From the NCBI GenBank assembly GCA_040377305.1, contig JBEIPA010000024.1, positions 12,954 through 76,953 of the forward strand: a stretch of 64,000 nt of DNA, written 5' to 3'. Below, in pieces: positions 58,308-64,000 of the stretch; the stretch's first letter is position 1, and each line of letters opens with the position of its first letter. This DNA is from Flavobacteriales bacterium (GTDB lineage: Bacteria; Bacteroidota; Bacteroidia; Palsa-965). The notes under the pieces were generated by a model. It saw only the letters and a list, made by a program, of their open reading frames with translations, was not told where the DNA came from and did not search any database. The position numbers and the translations under genes are program-made.

Positions 58308-58364
58308 GGAGTGAAAATACGAAAAAGGCCGTTGACCGTCATCGCGAGCTTGCAGGTAAACCAA

Positions 58365-59025
58365 AAACGGCGACCGTCATCGCGAGGCACGCCTGTCCGC
58401 CGTGGCGGAAAGCGATCCCATGATGGGAGTACGCAATTAGAATACTCTTGTTCTGGGGAAGGTGCTATCCGTTTTTGGTTTTCTATCATCATGAGCGGAA
58501 GACGATGTGAACGGCCAACCTCACTTGATATCCTTGGCAAGATCCTTCCACTCCGGGTTCATCTTCTCAATCAACTCAATTTTCTTTTTCCGTGAACCTG
58601 CCTTGATTTGCTTCTCTCTGGCGATCGCATCACGTATGTCCCAAAACGTTTCGTAGTACACCAGTTTATCCGCATTGTACTTGCTCGTGAATGATTTTGG
58701 GTAGTACTTTATCTTGTGTCGTTCAATGCGCACTTCGAGATCGCTTGATACTCCGGTATACAGTACATTGTTGTACTTGTGGTGATGTAAGTGAATCCGC
58801 CTTTCATGCTGCGAATGTAGAATTCCCTTTTGAAGTAAGGCATTTACAAACGTTTAAGTTGGCTGCTGGTTGCACGTGTTCAATGAGCGGTCTCGTCTTA
58901 CGCTTAAGTGTTGGGTACATTAAGGTCCGCCTCGTGGGATTGCCACGCCCCTGCTGAAAAAGCAGGAGCTCGCAATGACCCTATCCGCTCATGGAACACG
59001 TGCCTCGCGATGACGGTTGCCGTTT
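58365..59025. mobile_element. IR-flanked GIY-YIG unit (REP-associated)
   Basis: 27-bp inverted repeats AAACGGC(G/A)ACCGTCATCGCGAGGCACG at 58365-58391 and 58999-59025 (1 mismatch) around the nuclease. Confidence 0.6.
58521..58807 (-). pseudogene. GIY-YIG nuclease (UPF0213-like), frameshifted
   Basis: MKGGFTYIT, then a frame change to KYNNVLYTGVSSDLEVRIERHK...AIAREKQIKAGSRKKKIELIE; span is 287 bp, not a multiple of 3. Confidence 0.8.
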
Positions 59026-59034
59026 GCCATTGTT

Positions 59035-59068
59035 GACTGCCTACTGCACTACTGCTTACTGCCTACTT
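59035..59068. repeat. degenerate heptamer repeat (ACTGCCT-like)
   Basis: GACTGCCTACTGCACTACTGCTTACTGCCTAC; a similar unit occurs at about 4035-4052. Confidence 0.55.
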
Positions 59069-59845
59069 CTTTTTTTTCATCTCCGTCAACTCATTCTTCA
59101 CCACCTCCAGCATATTCATCATACGACTCATATCCGGAGCTTCCTCCTTGTCGAACTCTTTGGTGTTGATGCTGCAAGTGAATTCCCACATCTCGAGAAT
59201 CTCACGCGCAGGAACGGTATACGGTTCGTAACGCGGATTGTCGGAGTGCAAGTGCAATGCTTTCGAATGTTTATCAGGATACACGCGCTTGTACACGAGT
59301 CCGTCGTCTTTGGTGAGTACTATATACGTATGACCTTTGCGCAGCGTGTTTTTATCTTCCACAAATTTTCCGATCACGTATGCACCATCTTTCAGCGGCA
59401 ACATAGAATCGCCTTTGATTGGGAACGCACGGTACTTTCCTGTACGTAAGAAAGGAAGTCCGATGCGCGGCAATTCCTCAATGAAATCGGGATCAGAATA
59501 TCCGTTGAGATAACCAGCCGAAGCTTTCAGCGTAACCATCTCGATGTTGTCGTTGTTCTTCGCATCGACCTGCACCGGAAAGAGAATACGTTGTCCGCCT
59601 ATATTAATAGAAGGAATGGATTCTGCTCTGGTGAGATCGTGTCGAATGAGAATGTCAATCGGCAACTTGAAGAAGTCGGACAAGATCACGAGCATTTCCA
59701 CCGGAGGCTGAGAGCGGTTTTCTTCCCATGCACCGAGGCGCGATTTCTTGATCTCGAATTCATCGGCGAATTCTTCTTGGGTAAAGCCCTTGAGTTTGCG
59801 CAGGTGGGCAATGTTTTTTGCGAGACGACTGATTATATCTTTCAT
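59063..59845 (-). CDS. LexA-like XRE-HTH / S24 peptidase repressor
   Basis: N-terminal HTH 'LRKLKGFTQEEFA', 'ASAGY' cleavage region, 'GDSMLP' Ser, 'VYKRV' Lys; divergent from dinB-dnaE2. Confidence 0.88.
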   Translation of the reverse strand: MKDIISRLAKNIAHLRKLKGFTQEEFADEFEIKKSRLGAWEENRSQPPVEMLVILSDFFKLPIDILIRHDLTRAESIPSINIGGQRILFPVQVDAKNNDNIEMVTLKASAGYLNGYSDPDFIEELPRIGLPFLRTGKYRAFPIKGDSMLPLKDGAYVIGKFVEDKNTLRKGHTYIVLTKDDGLVYKRVYPDKHSKALHLHSDNPRYEPYTVPAREILEMWEFTCSINTKEFDKEEAPDMSRMMNMLEVVKNELTEMKKKK

Positions 59846-60013
59846 AGCGGTTGACTTTTCTTTACCACGGTCCGAAGGACTCCTTTGGACCGCAATGGTG
59901 TGTTTGTTGTTGTGTGTTACATAAAATTCATTCCCCCAATCGGTGTTGGTATTTTTACCGCCAAGGCGCCAAAACGCCAAGATTTTTAGAGGCTTGTCTC
60001 AAAGATAGGAAGA

Positions 60014-60026
60014 CTAAATATTTTAG
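60014..60026. promoter_or_regulatory. SOS box CTAA-N5-TTAG
   Basis: CTAAATATTTTAG in the repressor/dinB divergent region. Confidence 0.7.
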
Positions 60027-60129
60027 TCAAGATGGCGTAATAAATTAGCTAACTAAAAAAGGCTAAAAACAGGCACTTGTTGGTAACTTCCTACCGTTGG
60101 TCGATTTCATTGGGGATTTTCACATAAAA

Positions 60130-60142
60130 CTAAATTTCTTAG
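60130..60142. promoter_or_regulatory. SOS box CTAA-N5-TTAG
   Basis: CTAAATTTCTTAG. Confidence 0.7.
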
Positions 60143-60214
60143 CCATCAAACCCACCTTTATTAGCCGAACTTTATAGGACAATATCGAGACTTTTTTGGG
60201 GGCGCGATGCGCCC

Positions 60215-60242
60215 TTGCCACAGATTCGCAGATTTCTCAGAT
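60215..60242. repeat. left inverted repeat of the GxxExxY unit
   Basis: TTGCCACAGATTCGCAGATTTCTCAGAT, exact reverse complement of 60781-60808. Confidence 0.85.
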
Positions 60243-60277
60243 GACGCAAATTTTTATTTCTAAAACACAATTTATTT

Positions 60278-60772
60278 ATGAAAACAATGAAACAGTACCC
60301 ATTACAAGAGCCTGACAACACTTTGATTGTTGAAGAGAATTACAATGACGTCGCATCCCTTGATCAATTTGATGAGAAAGATTACCCGCTAAAAAGGGAG
60401 ACCTACGAACTAATAGGAATCGGAATGGAAATTCACCGACATCTCGGAAACGGATTCACCGAAATAGTTTACAAGGATGCTTTGCAGGAAGAATTCAACC
60501 GAAGAAAAATTCACTATGACCGTGAAATGAAATATGAAATAGAATACAAGGGCATAATTCTCCCTCATCACTACTTCGCAGATTTTGTGGTAGAAAACAA
60601 AATCATTCTGGAAGTAAAAGCGCAACACGGGGTTCATGAAGAAGCCGTGCCGCAAGTATTGAATTACCTCGCAGCATCAAAATTGCAAGTCGGACTGATC
60701 CTGAATTTCGGTGAAGGCTCTCTCAAATTCAAGCGGGTGATTTTCACACGTAAAAAAGCAGAGAGCTTTTAA
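60278..60772 (+). CDS. GxxExxY protein (PD-(D/E)XK nuclease fold)
   Basis: 'LGNGFTEIVY', 'ADFVVENKIILEVKA', 'QVLNYL...GLILNFG'. Confidence 0.92.
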   Translation: MKTMKQYPLQEPDNTLIVEENYNDVASLDQFDEKDYPLKRETYELIGIGMEIHRHLGNGFTEIVYKDALQEEFNRRKIHYDREMKYEIEYKGIILPHHYFADFVVENKIILEVKAQHGVHEEAVPQVLNYLAASKLQVGLILNFGEGSLKFKRVIFTRKKAESF

Positions 60773-60773
60773 C

Positions 60774-60939
60774 AAACATAATCTGAGAAATCTGCGAATC
60801 TGTGGCAAAACGCCGTAGGCGTAACAAGAAACAGTAACACCCGAAATTGAATTGTTTTTTAACTAACACCAAAAACATAATCTGTGAAATCTGAGCAATC
60901 TGCGAATCTGCGGCAAAACGCCGTAGGCGTAACAAGAAA
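60774..60939. repeat. two tandem copies of the right repeat of the GxxExxY unit
   Basis: AACATAATCTG...AATCTGCGAATCTG(T/C)GGCAAAACGCCGTAGGCGTAACAAGAAA at about 60775-60829 and 60875-60939. Confidence 0.85.
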
Positions 60940-60958
60940 GCACGAGTAAAAAGCAAAA

Positions 60959-62176
60959 GTGAACCGCGACAACCTCATCCATATCGACCTCGACACCTTC
61001 TTCGTCTCCTGCGAACGTCTCCTCGACTCGCGCTTGAACGGAAAGCCTATTCTCATTGGAGGAACTTCCGATCGGGGTGTGGTGGCAAGCTGCAGCTACG
61101 AAGCACGTGAGTACGGAATTCACTCGGCTATGCCCATGAAACTCGCGCGACAACTATGCCCGCACGCAATTGTGATCAAAGGCAATGGCGGCACGTACAG
61201 CAAGTACAGTCAGATCGTGACCGACATCATCGAAGAAGAATCTCCGCTGTTTGAGAAATCGTCGATCGATGAATTCTACATTGACGTAACTGGCATGGAC
61301 AAATACTTTGGCTGTTACAAGTGGGCACAGGAATTACGCAATCGCATTCGCAGAGAAACAGGACTTCCGCTTTCGTTCGGACTCAGCACGAGCAAAGTGG
61401 TTTCCAAAATCACAACCGGCGTAGCGAAGCCCGATGGACACAAACAAATTCTTCCCGGCGAAGAGAAAGCTTTTCTTGCTCCGCTTTCGGTGAAGAAAAT
61501 TCCCGGCGTTGGTGATCAGACGTACAAACTCATGCGCAACATGGGTATTGAGTACATCAAAACCATTCAGGAAATGCCTGTGGAGCTGATGGAAAAAGTA
61601 ATGGGCAAGAACGGAATTTCCATCTGGAAAAAAGCAAATGCCCTCGATCGCTCACCCGTAATTCCTTTTCACGAGAAGAAATCGATTTCATCGTCTCTCA
61701 CTTTCGAACGCGATACAATTGACGTAACACGACTGAAAGAAATTCTCACCACCATGGCAGAGAAACTTTCGTTCTACCTGCGCAACGGAAACAAACTCAC
61801 GAGTTGCGTTACCGTTACGGTTCGCTATTCCGATTTCGATACACGCACACGACAGGAACGTATTCCTTTTAGTTCCTGCGATCACACACTTATAAAAACA
61901 ACACAAGATCTTTTCGATAAGCTCTATGATCGTCGCGTGCTCTGCCGTTTGGTGGGAGTACGTTTCAGTCACCTCGTTGAGGGCGGACACCAAATTAATT
62001 TGTTCGAAGACAGCGAAGAGAAAATTAAACTCTATCAGGCAATGGATAAAATCAGAAACAAATACGGACAGGATGCGGTGCAGCGGGCAGTTGCGATGGA
62101 CAAGACGGGAATTGGACAAATGGATAATCCGTTTAATGGGCAGAAGAATTTTGTTCCTGCACATCGTCGCGCCTAA
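60959..62176 (+). CDS. dinB: DNA polymerase IV (Y family)
   Basis: 'HIDLDTFFVSCE', 'SCSYEAREYGIHSAMP', 'SIDEFYID', 'KPDG'. Confidence 0.93.
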   Translation: MNRDNLIHIDLDTFFVSCERLLDSRLNGKPILIGGTSDRGVVASCSYEAREYGIHSAMPMKLARQLCPHAIVIKGNGGTYSKYSQIVTDIIEEESPLFEKSSIDEFYIDVTGMDKYFGCYKWAQELRNRIRRETGLPLSFGLSTSKVVSKITTGVAKPDGHKQILPGEEKAFLAPLSVKKIPGVGDQTYKLMRNMGIEYIKTIQEMPVELMEKVMGKNGISIWKKANALDRSPVIPFHEKKSISSSLTFERDTIDVTRLKEILTTMAEKLSFYLRNGNKLTSCVTVTVRYSDFDTRTRQERIPFSSCDHTLIKTTQDLFDKLYDRRVLCRLVGVRFSHLVEGGHQINLFEDSEEKIKLYQAMDKIRNKYGQDAVQRAVAMDKTGIGQMDNPFNGQKNFVPAHRRA

Positions 62177-62186
62177 CGCTGCGCGG

Positions 62187-62337
62187 GCTTTACACGGCGA
62201 CACAGCGAAACGGAGAATTGTGGCGGCTAAGATCGAAACCCACGAGGCACGGCGTACTGATCGCTTCGCGATCCTCCGTTTCTCGTGGGCTTAGCACCAA
62301 ATTTCTATCTCCGTTACGCCGCGTCTCCGTGTAAAGC
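62187..62337. repeat. ~150-nt nested hairpin between dinB and dnaE2
   Basis: 30-bp outer arms 62187-62216 and 62308-62337 (4 mismatches); inner GCTAAG/CTTAGC and CCCACGAG/CTCGTGGG stems. Confidence 0.7.
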
Positions 62338-62359
62338 GCCGCAGGCAACCAAAAACAAA

Positions 62360-64000
62360 ATGCATCTCTGGCACTCCTACTTCAGTTACAAATTCGGCAC
62401 ACTATCTCTCAAACAGATTTTTGCCGAGGCTTTGCGCTGCGAACATGAAACGGTTGTCCTCACCGATATCAACTCCACTTCGGCCTGCATAGATTTTATT
62501 CGTCTCGCGCCTGAGAATGGAATTCGTCCCGTGGTTGGAATTGATTTCCGTAACGGAGCCGAACAGAAATACATTGGCATTGCCCGCAACAACGAGGGTT
62601 TCCGTGAACTAAACGAACATCTCACAGCACACAGTCATGCGGAAGAACCGTTTGAAAATCGTGCGCCGGAATTTTCGAATGTCTATGTCGTTTATCCGTG
62701 GGGCGAAAATACGCCTCAGTTGAACGATCTCCGCGACAATGAGTTCATCGGAATTCGCCCTTCGCAGGTAAACAAACTGCTTTTCTCCGATCTGAAAAAA
62801 CAGGAGAAGAAACTCGTCGTGCTTGCACCCGTTACATTTTCCTGCAAGAAAGATTTCAACGCACACCGTTTGCTTCGTGCTATTGACAAGAATCTTTTGC
62901 TGAGCATGCTGCCGAAAACAGAAGAGAGCGTAGCAGACGAAATGCCAATGACCGTGGATGAGTTGCGTACCATCTTCATCCGCTATCCCGGCATTGTGAA
63001 GAATACAAAAGCTCTGATCGGCGATTGCACCATTCATTTCAACTTCAGCACAAATAAGAACAAGAAACAGTTTCTCGGTTCGAACCAGGAAGATTTCGAT
63101 CTCATTCTCGCTGAAGTAGAAAAGGGATTGATCTATCGTTACGGAACCACCGTTGTGCCCACGAACGTTCGCGATCGAATCAACAAAGAACTCAAGTTGA
63201 TTCGCGACCTCGATTTCTGTTCCTACTTCCTCATCAACTGGGACATGGTGAATTATGCGCGAAGTCAGAACTACTTTTACGTGGGTCGCGGCTCAGGAGC
63301 AAACAGCATGGTGGCGTATCTTTTGCGCATCACCGACGTCGATCCGATTGAACTCGATCTTTACTTCGAGCGGTTCATCAATCCGTACAGAACCAATCCG
63401 CCCGATTTCGACATCGATTTCTCTTCGTACGAACGAAACGATGTAACGCGCTACCTCTTCGAACGGCACGGAAACAAATTCACCGCGTTGGTTGGTGCCT
63501 ACAATACTTTCCAGGGACGTGCAGTAGTGCGTCAACTCGGAAAAGTATTCGGTATGCCTGCTGATGAAATCGATAAACTTCAACGCGCGAAAAATTACTC
63601 GCAGGTAGATGACATCGGAAAACTGGTGCTGAAATACACAGATCACATCCAGGGATTTCCTGCGCATCTCAGTGTGCATTCGAGTGGCGTAATTATTTCG
63701 GATTTACCAATCAGCACCTACACGGCTACGATGATGCCGCCGAAAGGATTTCCGACAACTCATTTCAGCATGCTCGAATCGGAAGATGTGGGTCTGCACA
63801 AATTTGATGTACTCGGTCAGCGCGGATTGGGAAAGATTAAAGACTGTCTCGCGATCATTAAGGGGAACCAGGGCGGTGGTGTCGGGTCTCCTGACCTGAG
63901 TGGTGGGGGGGGGGGGGGGGACGACAAAAAGGCGGGCGCGCACCCCCCCCCCCCAACCCCCACAAAAAAGGAATACCAAAAAGGCAAAAACACAAAAAAA
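62360..64000 (+). CDS. dnaE2: error-prone DNA polymerase III alpha subunit, 3'-partial (absent from the ORF track because no stop is in the window)
   Basis: ATG at 62360: MHLWHSYFSYKFG...LTDINSTS...GRGSGANSMVAY...DPIELDLYFERFINP...PPDFDIDF...HLSVHSSG...KFDVLGQRGL; follows dinB; last ~130 bp are low quality. Confidence 0.88.
   Translation, partial: MHLWHSYFSYKFGTLSLKQIFAEALRCEHETVVLTDINSTSACIDFIRLAPENGIRPVVGIDFRNGAEQKYIGIARNNEGFRELNEHLTAHSHAEEPFENRAPEFSNVYVVYPWGENTPQLNDLRDNEFIGIRPSQVNKLLFSDLKKQEKKLVVLAPVTFSCKKDFNAHRLLRAIDKNLLLSMLPKTEESVADEMPMTVDELRTIFIRYPGIVKNTKALIGDCTIHFNFSTNKNKKQFLGSNQEDFDLILAEVEKGLIYRYGTTVVPTNVRDRINKELKLIRDLDFCSYFLINWDMVNYARSQNYFYVGRGSGANSMVAYLLRITDVDPIELDLYFERFINPYRTNPPDFDIDFSSYERNDVTRYLFERHGNKFTALVGAYNTFQGRAVVRQLGKVFGMPADEIDKLQRAKNYSQVDDIGKLVLKYTDHIQGFPAHLSVHSSGVIISDLPISTYTATMMPPKGFPTTHFSMLESEDVGLHKFDVLGQRGLGKIKDCLAIIKGNQGGGVGSPDLSGGGGGGDDKKAGAHPPPPTPTKKEYQKGKNTKK

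Noticed and set aside
63865-64000. G/C/A homopolymer tract as a G-quadruplex or repeat feature
   Set aside because: Abrupt loss of DnaE-like coding into homopolymer runs at the window end looks like low-quality read sequence.

Overview
Bacteroidota-type DNA (TAnnTTTG -7 promoter boxes, T9SS C-terminal sorting domains, Bacteroidota tmRNA tag GESNYALAA). Layout: (1) end of a T9SS-secreted protein and a secreted hypothetical protein; (2) tmRNA (ssrA, 4116-4478), preceded by a promoter-bearing duplicate of its own 5' end that is interrupted by a REP-like insert; (3) a ~20.6 kb integrase-less defence island bounded by a 20-bp direct repeat of the ssrA 3' end (4457-4476 and 25086-25105). It holds a PD-(D/E)XK nuclease, an MBL-fold fusion, type I R-M with a small nuclease-like gene and an AbiE-type TA pair inserted, a GIY-YIG/RAMA-like protein, a GT2-radical SAM-methyltransferase-kinase-DUF1643 operon, and a TM protein plus STAND-TPR pair; (4) a tightly coupled 15.8 kb minus-strand operon of five large uncharacterised proteins (M64-like zinc peptidase, DUF6603-like protein, 1031, 1600 and 594 aa proteins), the best candidate for an undescribed system; (5) envelope genes (lipoprotein pair, TonB receptor plus PepSY, paralogue pair with thioester-domain-like motifs, T9SS protein, ECF sigma/anti-sigma, WG-repeat protein); (6) an SOS mutagenesis cassette (LexA-like S24 repressor, CTAA-N5-TTAG boxes, IR-flanked GxxExxY gene, dinB, dnaE2 running into low-quality sequence at the window end). 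A dispersed palindrome CGTTT-AC/GT-AAACG lies upstream of four accessory modules. Family names come from motif recognition only; no database search was run.
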